A DNA stretch of 64,000 bases, taken from assembly GCA_000004985.1 (NCBI GenBank), contig GG738847.1; one strand, written 5' to 3'. Positions 10,889 through 22,494 of the stretch are shown here, one piece after another (the first letter of the stretch is position 1; the number at the start of each line of letters is the position of its first letter). The position numbers and the translations under genes were made by a program. Source of the DNA: Naegleria gruberi (Eukaryota). Below the pieces are notes generated by a model, which was not told the origin of the DNA, searched no databases, and saw only the letters and a list, made by a program, of their open reading frames with translations.

Positions 10889-13800
10889 TCAAAATAACCC
10901 TTGTTGGTCCAATTCACTACTATGATAACGCCACAATTTACGTAGCAGTGATCTCTTGTAAGATCTGTAAATTGACCATACAGGATCTGCCATCTTGTCA
11001 CTATATAAGAGAATTCCTTTGAATTCACCAGTTGCCAGCATTTTAACCTTCGCTACAAGATGTGGAACTTTCTCAGTTTGACATAAGTAATAGAAGAGGG
11101 CTATATGAACTCCGTGTCCTCTCTTTCTTCCATAAATTATGCCTGCTGCTTCATAAATGTCACTAGTCGAAGCAAATAATGGACCGAGTTGATTGATTCC
11201 AGATGAATTCATTTCTGTAACGAAATTGGTATATAGCCCATTTCTTCTATTCTTGATGTGTTTTGTTATTGTGGCTCTGAGATGGTCTGTTCGTTGCTCT
11301 GGAGTGGTTGTAAATGGAGAAAGGTATTCACCCTTATCAATGGCATATCTTCTATCTGAATTCTTTTGATGATCAATGGTTTGTGTTAGTAATATTATTT
11401 TGGCAGCATTATCAAGTTCCAATGAAATTTCTGATTGTTGAGAGCCAAACATCCACTGCTTGATTTTGGTGAGATGCTTGTTAATATTCTTATTGTAAAA
11501 TTTATCAAGTTTCTGGAATAATTCTGTGGCTTTTGGAGAAAGTTGAGTCAATTCCAATACATAGTCAATTAAATCTTGATTTTCATCCACAAGTGGCTGA
11601 GAAGTAACAGTTTCAGTTTGTGAAACCTCGTCAGAAACTGTATTCTCTTCAACACCTACAAGTTTTCTCATTATCTCTCCATATTGATATATCTTATCAG
11701 ACGAATTATTTAAAAGTTCCATAAATTTCTCCTTCTTTCTAGAAACAAATTGATTAATCATTGTTTCTGTATCTACATTCAATAATTCGAACCACAAGTC
11801 AACTGAAACTTCTGGAATATTTAGCACAAAAGCTCCCTTTCTTCTCAATTCCTCCTCAGCAATATTCTTAAAGAAGAGATTTGTGTCCACTTGACTATTC
11901 GAAACATCAATCAATCCTATCTTGTTTGAACACAACAGTTGAGTGATAAATACTTCATTGTTAGGGATCACATCAAGTGTTCTACTTTCTGGCAACATGT
12001 TATACTGTGAGAAGAGTTTGGTTAAAGTTTCGGACAATTTCTCCTCCACTTTTTCTGCAGAGCATTCCTTTACAATTTGTAAACAAGTGTCCATGACTAG
12101 TTTCAATCTCAAAGCTTGGAATTCAGTGAGTTGACCTTCTGAACTTTCTTGAAGCAATTTGTACAGTACTAAAAATGGAATGGTCTTGAATTGTTCGAAA
12201 GAGTATCCCATAATATCTAATGTTGCAATGAATCCCAAAATTGGCTTCATCTTTTGTCTTGAAACCCTCCAGTGTTCTTCACTAATGTACAATGGAAGAA
12301 CTGCATTGATACTTTCTCTGGAGGCACCTGAAATAATCTTTGATTGACTGTTCGAAACTTGACCTTGACTTACAGGTACATCTTTGAAACCACCATGTGA
12401 ATCCTCAACATTATAGGCACTTCCAAGTGAGAAAGTCACAGAATCAAGGAAAGATTCGGCAGACATCATAGAGTTGGACACTGAAACAATTTGGACTCTG
12501 CTTGGATCAGCAATTGCTGCCTGAGGACGATTCACTTGTAATCCCAAACAGAGACAGTCCTTATCCTGTAATAGATCAATCCAATTTGAGGTGGTATAGA
12601 AGCATGGACCGATTTCCTCAGCTTGTTTGGAGTATTTTTCCTTAATTTCCGTAAAGTTCATTGAATCTACTGATTCTTGAATGATGTTTTCTGCCTGTTC
12701 GAATAATTCAACATTGGCTTGAGCTCTTAAATCCAATTTCTTTTGTAAGCTTCTCTTTGTGATGGATCTATAAGCAAGAGTATTCAAATTTGCAATCTTT
12801 TCATTAGATAAAGTTCCAACCATTGATTCTGCAAGAATCTTGTTAAAGTTTGCTAAAGATTCAAAAATTGGTTGAATCATTTGATAGAGAGTTCTTCTCA
12901 CTGACTTGTCACGCATCTTTCTAATGTCAGTTGTTATTGATTCAAGCTTTTCTTCAATAGCTTTACACTTGATATGAATTTCCTTAAGGGAAGAGCTGTT
13001 TTTGGTAATTAAACCAGCAGCTTCAATCAAGAACTTTTCAATTATCATGATTTGATAGGATAGTTTTTCAACTGAACTAAGTTCAGGTCTTTTAAATGCT
13101 TCATAGGAAAGTGGAATAATCAACTCATTTTCTCCAAATTCAAGATATAATTCACAATCAGGAGTAATATCAGTATTGATGAGAGATTGAATAATAAATT
13201 CAGATTTGTCATTATCTTGCTCCAACTTGACTCTTTCTCTGAATATTTCATTTCCTTCCTTATTCTTGACAATTAATTGACATGTGAATGAACTTCCCTT
13301 GACTAGTTCAGTCAAACTAGCCATACATGGGGCAATAGAAGAAACTGACTCTGCAAACTGAAAAGAACCTTGAGCAGTTCCCAATCTTGTAATATCTGTC
13401 AATAATCTTGCATCATGAACTGATGTGAAACCAATGGTATGAAATTCATAAGATTCACTCTCAGTATTTAATCGTTCTTGCAATGATTTAATTGACCCTT
13501 CTCTAGTTGAATTTGACGAATATTGATCTTGACCATCGGTAAAGAAAATAATTGCAACTTGTCCATTCAATGAACCACCATAGTTCCGAATAATTTTAAA
13601 AACAGACGAAAAGTCAGTTCCACCTCCAGCACTCACTTTCTTCACAACTTGCAACTTGTTTTCAAGTTCCATATTTGTCATGTCAATTAATTCCGAATTA
13701 CTATCAAAAACAATAAACAAAATTCTCTCATTACAACCTTCAACATTTGACAATAAAGTTTCAAGTGCCAATTTTGCTTCAGAAATTCCACTCCCAGCCA

Positions 13801-14086
13801 TCGATCCCGATTTATCCAAAGCAATAATCAATAATTTTCCTTGATTTTTCGAAGTATGCTGCTGCTGCCAGAACTCATCTCTGATCGCCAACTGAATGCG
13901 AACAATTTCAATTGGCGTTGTTGTAGTAGTATTGGTAGGATCACTCAGAGGCGAAGCAACACTGAAAAATTCTTGTTTGATGACCGACACGAAAAATGAT
14001 GCATCAGTAATTTGTGATTTTTGTTTTGCATTTTTTTTTCTTTTAAAATGTTGTAAACGTGATACGTGAACTTTGCTGATATTCAT
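10889..14086 (-). CDS. large von Willebrand factor A (vWA, MIDAS) domain protein
   Basis: The N-terminal vWA domain has MIDAS residues (LLIIALDKSGSMAG ... AGGGTDFSS ... IFFTDGQD). About 800 aa of unrecognised sequence follow. The true ATG (MNISKVHVS) lies at 14086, downstream of the ORF track's GTG start. Confidence 0.8.
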   Translation of the reverse strand: MNISKVHVSRLQHFKRKKNAKQKSQITDASFFVSVIKQEFFSVASPLSDPTNTTTTTPIEIVRIQLAIRDEFWQQQHTSKNQGKLLIIALDKSGSMAGSGISEAKLALETLLSNVEGCNERILFIVFDSNSELIDMTNMELENKLQVVKKVSAGGGTDFSSVFKIIRNYGGSLNGQVAIIFFTDGQDQYSSNSTREGSIKSLQERLNTESESYEFHTIGFTSVHDARLLTDITRLGTAQGSFQFAESVSSIAPCMASLTELVKGSSFTCQLIVKNKEGNEIFRERVKLEQDNDKSEFIIQSLINTDITPDCELYLEFGENELIIPLSYEAFKRPELSSVEKLSYQIMIIEKFLIEAAGLITKNSSSLKEIHIKCKAIEEKLESITTDIRKMRDKSVRRTLYQMIQPIFESLANFNKILAESMVGTLSNEKIANLNTLAYRSITKRSLQKKLDLRAQANVELFEQAENIIQESVDSMNFTEIKEKYSKQAEEIGPCFYTTSNWIDLLQDKDCLCLGLQVNRPQAAIADPSRVQIVSVSNSMMSAESFLDSVTFSLGSAYNVEDSHGGFKDVPVSQGQVSNSQSKIISGASRESINAVLPLYISEEHWRVSRQKMKPILGFIATLDIMGYSFEQFKTIPFLVLYKLLQESSEGQLTEFQALRLKLVMDTCLQIVKECSAEKVEEKLSETLTKLFSQYNMLPESRTLDVIPNNEVFITQLLCSNKIGLIDVSNSQVDTNLFFKNIAEEELRRKGAFVLNIPEVSVDLWFELLNVDTETMINQFVSRKKEKFMELLNNSSDKIYQYGEIMRKLVGVEENTVSDEVSQTETVTSQPLVDENQDLIDYVLELTQLSPKATELFQKLDKFYNKNINKHLTKIKQWMFGSQQSEISLELDNAAKIILLTQTIDHQKNSDRRYAIDKGEYLSPFTTTPEQRTDHLRATITKHIKNRRNGLYTNFVTEMNSSGINQLGPLFASTSDIYEAAGIIYGRKRGHGVHIALFYYLCQTEKVPHLVAKVKMLATGEFKGILLYSDKMADPVWSIYRSYKRSLLRKLWRYHSSELDQQGLF

Positions 14087-14365
14087 TTCTTCCACATGCA
14101 CTCTCTAGCATTCTGCAATTGCATATGAGGCATGTGTTGATTGTGTTGCTGGTTCAGTGTGGATTTTGCATTCAATGTTAACAGTGCACTATGAGGATTG
14201 ATTGGGAATGGTGATTCAATATTTGATTTCAAATTGTTGTGTGGTTTTCAATGGTTTATTGGGATATTTCTGTATGGGATCACTATTTAATTCTAACTCA
14301 CAACTTCAGCAATATCATATGATTTGAATGTCAAGTGTCAATAGTAGAAACAAATTCATTAAAAA

Positions 14366-16475
14366 ATGTCCTCATTGACGATCATTAAAAAATGTGTCTT
14401 TGGTAGGTAGTACTCTGCTTCAATCATTCGCTCATCAACTTTAGTTGGAAGTTGTTATAGAGAAAAAACAGCACTTCTTTGTACCGTTTCGACTGGAACC
14501 TATCCGGAAGGTAAGTTTCGAATAATTATTTCACAAAAATTGATAACTTTTATAGAATATGTACCTACCGTGATGGATAATCATTATGTTACTTTGAAAT
14601 TTGAAGGAACTTCTTTTTCGTTAGGGTTGTGGGATACGGCTGGTCAAGAAGAGTAAGTTGAAAATTTGGCATTTGACAATTTGACTGTTACTAGATGGGA
14701 GTAAGTATTCAAGTAGAGATCTTTTGTGGATTGATCAAACTAGTCGTTTGAGACCACTTTCTTATCCAGAGTATGTAAAATTCTTTTCATTTCTCAAAAA
14801 CGAAACCTTTCCAATAGAACTAATGTATTTGTTGTTTGTTTTTCAATTGTAGATTACGCATCCTTCACTGATGTCAAGTATAAATGGGTTCCAGAACTCC
14901 ATCATCACTGTCCTGATGCTACAATCATCTTGTGTGCAGTCCAGATTGAACTCAGAAATGACGAAACTAGACGAATTGAAGTCACCAAAGAAATGGCAGA
15001 AGAAATGGCAAAGGAAACCAATTGTGCTGGTTATATCGAATGTTCTGCAAAAAATGGAATTGGAATTAGCGAACTACTCGAAACAATTAAGGAATTTGCA
15101 TTATTTCCTGAGAGAGCAGATAAAAAATCAAAAAAGAAATCTTCAAGCAAATCTGGAATTTTTGGAAGATTGAAGAATGTTTTCCAAGTTAAACCAACTG
15201 GTAATTCACCTAATTCATCTCCAACTATAATGGAATCGAAGCAATCTTCTGACAATTCAACAATTATTCGATTGCCAATGCTTAGTACACCAAATGTCAT
15301 GCCAGATGTCAGAACTACACCAGTAATTGAAGAGAAGCAAGCAAATAGTCCATCAATGTCAAGAGATTTCAATCAAGTTCCATTTGAGGATTGGACAGCT
15401 GAAGAAGTTTCAAAATGGCTTCAATCCAAAGGTTGCAATCAAACAGTCATTGACAGTAAGTATTTCACATGAATATTTTAACAATTGACATTTTCAAGCA
15501 TTGAAGAATAATGATTTTGGAGGAACTGCCCTGCTCTATTGTGATAAACAAGATTTAACAAGTTTGGGAATTTCTTTAGGAAATTCAATTACAATTATGA
15601 AATGGATTGAAAGTTTTAAAAAGAATTCTGACACTGGTTCAGCAACACCTTCATTGGAAAAACAATCTGTTGGAAGCAGTGTTGGTAACTCTTCATCGTC
15701 CTCCTCTGATTTCCCTTCCTCTTTCCAAATGGATTTGAAAGCTAACGAAACTTTTTCCAATAACAATGAAAAGGAGCAAGAAAATGAATTTGAAAAGAGA
15801 TATATCATTTTGGAGAAATTGGGAGAAGGTGGATTTGGAAAGGTCTATAAAGTAAAGACCAAAAAGACAAATCAAATTAGAGCTGTCAAGATTGTTTCAC
15901 CAAGTCAGGATTTCACAATCAATCAGGCCTTATCTGAAGCATTGAAACAAGCTCAATTATATAGAGATGATAATCACATTGTTCACGTGTATGATGTCTT
16001 TATTGCAGTGGAGAATTATGGGCAGATTGTTTGCATTGAAATGGATTGTATGGAGGGAAATCTACGTACAATCTTTAGAGGAAGAAAGGTTTCGGAAGGA
16101 ATGATTTGGTCAATTCTGAGGCAAATTGGAGCTGCTCTCAAGTTCCTTTCTGAGAGTGGAAAGATTGTACACAGAGATATCAAACCAGATAATATTCTTG
16201 TTAAGAAAGTGGATTTTGAAACAGACGAAATTGACGTTTATTTGAGTGATTTCGGATTGGCCAAGTCAACCCAAAATTCCATGCAAACATCACATCTTTC
16301 AGGAACCATTTTCTTCCTAGCTCCAGAAATTCTTGATTTTGGAAATTCATTGAATGGTGAGACATGTCGTACTCCTTATTCGATTGCTTCTGATATATTT
16401 GCACTAGGAGTTTCTCTCTATCAAATTATGTGTCAAACGTTGCATCGTTCCTCGCAACTAGCCAACCTTTCTTAA
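14366..16475 (+). CDS. Rho-family (degenerate) GTPase domain - SAM domain - Ser/Thr protein kinase fusion, 6 exons
   Basis: Exons 14366..14402, 14445..14510, 14556..14652, 14744..14770, 14818..15455 and 15499..16475 sum to 1842 nt with all phases consistent. The Rho domain is collinear with Rac/Rho (YVPTV, WDTAGQE, LRPLSYPE, CFSIV, Rho insert, ECSAK) but has GSCYREKT in place of GDGAVGKT and VQIE in place of TKLD. SAM domain: WTAEEVSKWLQSKG...LLYCDKQDLTSLGI. Kinase motifs: GEGGFGKVYK, AVKIV, HRDIKPDNIL, DFGLAKS, LAPE. Confidence 0.8.
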
Positions 16476-17249
16476 TTTCTTGAATAAATATATGTTACAT
16501 TGCAAATTAATAAAAACAAGATTGAGAACAAGTAATTATACTAATGGGTATTAAAGCTCAGGGACTGTTTCACCTTTAAGGTGATTCAGCCTTGAGACCT
16601 ACCTTAATGGATATAAATATTTATTAAAGATGTGGGCTTTCAAATATTCCCCTTTGGAATCTGACAGCCCGTTGACATTAATTGTTGTGATAATTCAACA
16701 AGAATTTCTTTTCTACTAAAATTTCTACTATATGCACTGGGACAATTCGAATTTCAATATTAAAATAGTTCAAACATTAAGCAAGACAACCATTCAAGAA
16801 TTCCTTTAATTAGTATTTCACTTCTTAAATGTTTTCTTCTTTGTCTTTTGGATCGATCTTAGTAAGTGACATATTTATTATTACTAACATTTTCAAACAG
16901 AAATATTTATTATGGCAAAATCTCTCCGTCCAGATTGTTTTAACCAATTTTTCCTGCTTTGCAGGAGTAGTTCTATTTCAATCTCGATTTTGTAAACAAC
17001 TTTTTTAACTTGCTGAATAAAGTTAATGACCTAAAAAGCAACATTCTGACCAACATATCTCATCCTTTTGGAAGAAGAATATATTGAGTAAGCTTCTACC
17101 TAATAGTTTATCAACGATTGTCTAGATTGTTTTATTGTTTCTTTTGGAGAAATAAGCTTAATACCTAAAAACAGCAGTAACCAAGTTACAAACCACCTTA
17201 TTGTATATTTATTAAATGGAATATTTTTTATGATAAATTTTTAACAAAA

Positions 17250-18404
17250 TTAAAATCCAAATTGTTCATCACTAAATGGTGACGAATACATGACATCCCA
17301 TGATCTCTTATCAACAATGCAAACGGATCCGTCTTGTTTGAAATCTTCACTACTCACACAATAAGGAGTTACCCACTCTGGTACTGATGTTAAAATATTG
17401 GCTCCCATATATCTCAAAATTGCTCTGTCAGAGCATTTAACAGACATCTCATTAAATGTAATCTCATCAAGTAAAAGTGCCAATTCCTTGTTCAATCGTT
17501 CGGTAAAATTATTCATCATGGTTGTTCCTCCAGAGAGAATTATATTATTGGAAAGATCGAGAGAATCATCATTAATTTTAGTAATGCATTCCTTGACCAA
17601 TTGTGGAATAGATGAGCAATTATTGGTAAAGAGTATTTCAGATACTTGTTTGAATTCTTCCTTACATTCTCCAATGTTAATTGTCACTGTATCAGTCACA
17701 TTGAAACTCTCATAAAGTGGGAAATTCTCACAGGTGGCACTCACATATTTTGCCTTGAGTCTATTCACAATTTCATCTGAAAAGATATTCGAATCGTGCT
17801 TTTCAAAATGTTTCTGTAAAGAATTCTTTAACTTTTCTGTCAAGTGTCTTCCACTCACACTTCCAATACACAGTGAATCCATTCTCACTTGGCCATCCAC
17901 AACAGCAATCACATACGAAGAATTCTCTCCAACATGAACAACCAATCCAGACATGAACTCCACTCCACTTGCAACCAAACTCATATAAGCAGCATCTTGA
18001 ATCGACAAGTGAGAAATCTTGAAATCTTCAAACAAGACTTTACAAATCACTTCTCTCCTTTTCAAATCATCAACATGATCCAATGGAGAATCAATAATCA
18101 AAACAGATTCCAAATTATTATCCTTTTCAATATTCAACACTTCCAAAGCCTTTGAAATATTTAATTTGAGTTCTTCCGAATATTTTACTAATTTTCCTTC
18201 AGCATCATTATCATCATCATGAAGAATATTAATTTTACGGAATGATCGGGATGGTCTATCTTCCATGATATTTGTCTTTCCACATCGAATGGTGGATTGA
18301 CTAGATAGATCAATGATAATTGCAGATGATGTTGATTGGGAATTATTTGCGAGCCAATCTTCAAAGTTTGATGAAGTAAATTCTGTGCTTTCAAAATTTT
18401 CCAT
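17250..18404 (-). CDS. actin-related protein (divergent Arp)
   Basis: Actin-fold signatures: IIIDLSSQSTIRCG at the N-terminus and LSGGTTMMNNFTERLNKEL at the C-terminus (actin has LSGGTTMYPGI). 384 aa. Too divergent to be Arp2/3. Confidence 0.8.
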   Translation of the reverse strand: MENFESTEFTSSNFEDWLANNSQSTSSAIIIDLSSQSTIRCGKTNIMEDRPSRSFRKINILHDDDNDAEGKLVKYSEELKLNISKALEVLNIEKDNNLESVLIIDSPLDHVDDLKRREVICKVLFEDFKISHLSIQDAAYMSLVASGVEFMSGLVVHVGENSSYVIAVVDGQVRMDSLCIGSVSGRHLTEKLKNSLQKHFEKHDSNIFSDEIVNRLKAKYVSATCENFPLYESFNVTDTVTINIGECKEEFKQVSEILFTNNCSSIPQLVKECITKINDDSLDLSNNIILSGGTTMMNNFTERLNKELALLLDEITFNEMSVKCSDRAILRYMGANILTSVPEWVTPYCVSSEDFKQDGSVCIVDKRSWDVMYSSPFSDEQFGF

Positions 18405-18582
18405 TTTTTTTATAAAAAATTAATTTAAAAAAATTTACAATAATTAAATATTTGTTATTAAGTAATTCAATCATTTCAGAAACAACAAATTAAAGAGCTG
18501 ATACATCTGTTTTCACAGCAAGCATTATATGATCTGATTTGTCAGACACCAACAAATTGTAAAATATCAAAATCACTATATT

Positions 18583-19653
18583 TTAATTCAAATAATCCTT
18601 GCACAAATCGAGAGAGGTTTGCCACAATGTATCTTGCAATGAAACATTATCTTCAAACTTATTTCCAAGCTTTGTAGCACAATCGGCATAATAACTTCCA
18701 GATTTCAATTTACTCTTATCCTCCAATGCAGTGTGAAGAGTGGTTTGAGCTCCTTGGAGAGCTGACTTGGTGAAATACCACATTGCTGGGAATATGATTC
18801 CACCCAAAGTGAAGCTTCTTCCGAGCAGGGACCGGACAATGCCAGGATGGCAAGCATAAGATGTAGCTTCACTTCCATTTGCCAATTCACGAGCAAGTCT
18901 CTTTGTGAATAAAAGGTTTGAGAATTTGGATCTGTAATAGAGTTCGTATGGATTGGCCAATTTGCTTCCATCTCCAATGACAACATCTGGCTTGAATGAA
19001 CAGAATCCTTCAAGATCACTTTCCTTCTTAATTCCACTAGCAGCTAATGAAGACAAGTTGACAACTCTACCATTTGATTGCTTAATCATGTCCAATAACA
19101 AGTAGGTCAATAAGAAGTGACCCAAGTGATTAGTACCGAATTGAATTTCCACATTTTGCCTTGTTGTGGCATGTGGACACATCATGATACCAGCATTATT
19201 AATCAAAATATCCAAAGTAGTGAATTTTGACTTGAATTCCTCAGTAAACTTCTTAATAGAAGCCAAATCAGTCAGATCCATCAACATGACAATCAAACGA
19301 TCAGCTCCACCTCCATTTTCCTCAGTAATCATCTTCTTGGATTCATTACCATTCTTTTCAGAACGAACTCCCAAAATAACAGTTGCTCCCAAACTATGTA
19401 AAACCTTACTAGTTTCATATCCAATACCATAAGGGCTAGCACCAGTAACAATAATAGTCTTTCCCTTCAAAGATGACTTGTTAGCCAATAATTCTCCTCT
19501 CACAACACCTCCATTGAAAAACTTCTTTCCGAAATACAATCCAAGACCACCCAAAATAGATGAACAAGCCAATTTCAAATAACCTTGTGGGGATAATCCT
19601 TGGAAATAATAAACAGCTTCAATCAATTTAGTTTCCAGAAATTCAGAAATCAT
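18583..19653 (-). CDS. short-chain dehydrogenase/reductase (retinol dehydrogenase / WWOX-like)
   Basis: N-terminal TM helix, TGASPYGIGYE (TGxxxGxG), NNAG and a YxxSK catalytic motif (YYRSKFSNL). Confidence 0.9.
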   Translation of the reverse strand: MISEFLETKLIEAVYYFQGLSPQGYLKLACSSILGGLGLYFGKKFFNGGVVRGELLANKSSLKGKTIIVTGASPYGIGYETSKVLHSLGATVILGVRSEKNGNESKKMITEENGGGADRLIVMLMDLTDLASIKKFTEEFKSKFTTLDILINNAGIMMCPHATTRQNVEIQFGTNHLGHFLLTYLLLDMIKQSNGRVVNLSSLAASGIKKESDLEGFCSFKPDVVIGDGSKLANPYELYYRSKFSNLLFTKRLARELANGSEATSYACHPGIVRSLLGRSFTLGGIIFPAMWYFTKSALQGAQTTLHTALEDKSKLKSGSYYADCATKLGNKFEDNVSLQDTLWQTSLDLCKDYLN

Positions 19654-20220
19654 TGTGCTGATGAGATTTAATTTTTTTTTAAATTATTAATTTTTTGTAT
19701 TGGTGTGATGATGGCGGAATTAGATGAAGAGCAAGTTCCTCCTATTGCGACACAAAATACATAGCAAAGTATCAACAATGATAGTAGTGAGATGAAGCTC
19801 TTTTGTGGTAATTAAATGATAATAAGCTCTTTTGGTACGAGTGAGGACAATATTAAGTAATTGTCATCATTTCCATTACATTATCATGTTGTTTTTTCTA
19901 ATTGTTATTGTAACACAAGCGAAGGAGTACAAGTCATCCACACAATGTAACACTTATAGTGAACACAGCCAATATTATTGTAACCTTGCCAAATATTTAT
20001 CTCCAACTGTTTTCATAGAAAGACACTTCTTATTATGATCACACATTGCGGAATCTCAAAGCTTCAAAAAACACAAAAAATCTCATCAATATTCTCTTCT
20101 ATTGTGTGTATTGGATGAAATCACAATACTCCAACTACTACTACTACTAATCATCATCATCTCATCAATATATATTAATCATCATCAAAGAAGCAAATTA
20201 ATAATTATCATCATTTAAAT

Positions 20221-20974
20221 ATGCAAAACACTAATAATATAACAGAACAACAATTGGCTGCTCTTCAAACTCTTCATAATCAAACTTGTTCCTATCTATC
20301 GGAGAATGAATGTCTCTCCTTTCTAACTTCCTCTCAGTGGAATTATTCTCATTGTGAATATTTACTTGTTACCATTCCAAAGGAAATTGAAAACAAAACT
20401 TCACTGCCACCAATACTTTCTCTGCGGATATTGGGTGATGCTCAGGTGGATTGGAGGAATTTGGAATTGTGCCAAGTAAGAATCAACATGATGGTCGATT
20501 TAAGTCAGAAAACAAGATTAAATTATTACTTGTGTCATGATTGTCTTACTCAGTCGAATTGGAATGTAGATTTAGCTTTGGAATTGTTTAATAGACATAA
20601 ATCGAATATACCCGAGAGTGGTTTTATCAATCATGTTCATCCGTAATAATAATAATTTAAATAATTTAAATAATAATAATTTGGTTAATAGTTCGGATGA
20701 GTCGAGTAATGCATTCCAAGATGTTAATCAATTACCTCCAATGATTCAAATAGATCAACAACAAATGCCTGGAGAATCTCCATCATTGGGAAATGTTTAC
20801 TTTTCTATTGGAAATCAATTGCCTAGTTCCTTCACAGATAATAGTCAATTAATGGATGGCACTGCAGCTAGTGTTGCAGTTCAACCTCATGCAAATACTC
20901 CAGAAAATTCACCAAATGAATCGGCAACGATTTTGAATACGAGTAGAATTTCAATTATTAGTAATTACTTTTAA
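20221..20974 (+). CDS. hypothetical protein with two TAP-C/UBA-like modules, 2 exons
   Basis: A GTAATA...TTAATAG intron (20643..20691) joins two ORFs in phase. Two copies of a C..(F/C)L..S.WN...D.A.ELF-type UBA-like motif are followed by an N/Q/S-rich tail. Confidence 0.55.
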
Positions 20975-21328
20975 GAATGCATTCTTTGTAAATTTCCATC
21001 TCATGATGATGATGTTAAATATTCCTCCTCCGATTCATCACCATCATCATTAAATCTTATGAAAAATATCATGTAAATAGAGAATAATACAAGTAATTTG
21101 ATTTTCACACATATTTAAAAAGGAAATTAGTTATGTTATTTACTTTTTTATCATGATTGTGGAGTATTTCTGAAATTATACACAAAATTCTCGAATTTCT
21201 TATTGGTATCACATGGAAATTATCTCTTTTGCTCGATTATTGATTAGGAGTTGCGAGAATACATTCATCAATCAAACAAAATATTATTCCAATATTATTA
21301 TTATTATTGTTACAAAATAAGAAATTGC

Positions 21329-21943
21329 CTAGAAACTATTGAATGGATACTTTTCTTTGAGATTCTTCTCAAATTCCAATTCTTTAATTTCCTGATCCTT
21401 TTGCAAGAATTTATCCAAATCAATTCCTCCATCATCAGATTCTTCCTGATGAGACAAGTCATTCTTTTTCGATTGTTGTTGTTGTTGCTGCTGTTGTGGA
21501 ACTTGTTTGAATGAAGTGGATGGAATGAAATCCAATTTCCTCTTTGAATTCTTCTCCAGTACCAATGAAATATTATGTTCTGGCAATTCCTCATATCCTT
21601 CCATTCCATTCATTGAATAATCCTCTCCTGAATAGTTAGTGAAATCATGTTGGTCCTCCTCCTCGAAAATTGACTCTCCAGGAATGATCATTTTCGTCAG
21701 TCGAGCCCTCTCCAACTTGCCAATGTATTCTCTATCTGTAATTTTCTTATCGGAATGCAGAATGGATTCTATCGATGAGGATTCTTCTAATTTTATGGCA
21801 GTTTCGGCTGGTTGTTGATTGGTGGAAGGTCCTCCTGAGTTTTCTTCGGTTTGGGACATGGGTTTATAGAAGCACGTGTACCATCCTGTCCCAACTACTG
21901 TAGAGAAGAGAGCAATACCTCCAAAGATTAGCAATTCAGCCAT
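21329..21943 (-). CDS. hypothetical signal-anchor membrane protein
   Basis: N-terminal hydrophobic helix (LLIFGGIALFSTVVGTGWY), then an acidic/Q-rich low-complexity region with a poly-Q run. Confidence 0.5.
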   Translation of the reverse strand: MAELLIFGGIALFSTVVGTGWYTCFYKPMSQTEENSGGPSTNQQPAETAIKLEESSSIESILHSDKKITDREYIGKLERARLTKMIIPGESIFEEEDQHDFTNYSGEDYSMNGMEGYEELPEHNISLVLEKNSKRKLDFIPSTSFKQVPQQQQQQQQSKKNDLSHQEESDDGGIDLDKFLQKDQEIKELEFEKNLKEKYPFNSF

Positions 21944-22094
21944 TTTTTTTGATATTTTGTGATTAATGATGGATGACTGGAAATAGTGATTCGGTTGTTT
22001 TGTAATGTGATTGATATTCAGTGATTGTACTTTTAAAAACTTTGTTTATATTAGTATCATTTGAAATCAATTTAAATTTCATCAATAACCGAAA

Positions 22095-22448
22095 CTAATC
22101 TTCATAACATTCTCGTTCTTTCAAGATACAAACTATAGTAATATCCACAAGTCCAGATGGTGGCGATTTACCAAGAAACGGATTTGGTTTCTCTCTAAAC
22201 AATCCTCTCTCCACAGCATTCATCAATTCCGAAACAAAATTCGAAACATCTACAATAAAATCATCCAATTGATCTTTTAATACTTCTCTGACATTTAATT
22301 CGTTAGATCTTTCCATCAGTCCATCCATCAGTGCCATAATATATTGAGAAAGTATAAGAGGATTAGCCGTAGTGCACTTATCTTGTATTTTGTTAATAAT
22401 CCAATCTTGGATTTCTTGTGCTTTTGAATCATCGTAAAAGTGAGACAT
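22095..22448 (-). CDS. hypothetical small protein (~117 aa)
   Basis: ORF from the first ATG (MSHFYDDSKAQEIQDWIINKIQ...). Helical and possibly PWI-like, but unconfirmed. Confidence 0.45.
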   Translation of the reverse strand: MSHFYDDSKAQEIQDWIINKIQDKCTTANPLILSQYIMALMDGLMERSNELNVREVLKDQLDDFIVDVSNFVSELMNAVERGLFREKPNPFLGKSPPSGLVDITIVCILKERECYED

Positions 22449-22494
22449 TTTCACACCTGCTTGGTCAATCAATTTGTGGTATTTTTTTTGATGA

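Noticed and set aside
14871-15173. 100-aa ORF in an alternative frame of the Rho-like domain
   Set aside because: The correct frame gives a collinear Rho domain. This ORF is a frame shadow produced by reading across the 47-nt intron in the wrong phase.
16480-17250. 770-bp ORF-free AT-rich spacer as a possible ncRNA or tRNA locus
   Set aside because: I found no tRNA cloverleaf (no GTTCGA/T-loop box with a matching acceptor stem) and no recognisable snRNA motif. It is most simply the 3' flank of the kinase gene and the convergent Arp gene. Unresolved downstream kinase exons cannot be excluded.
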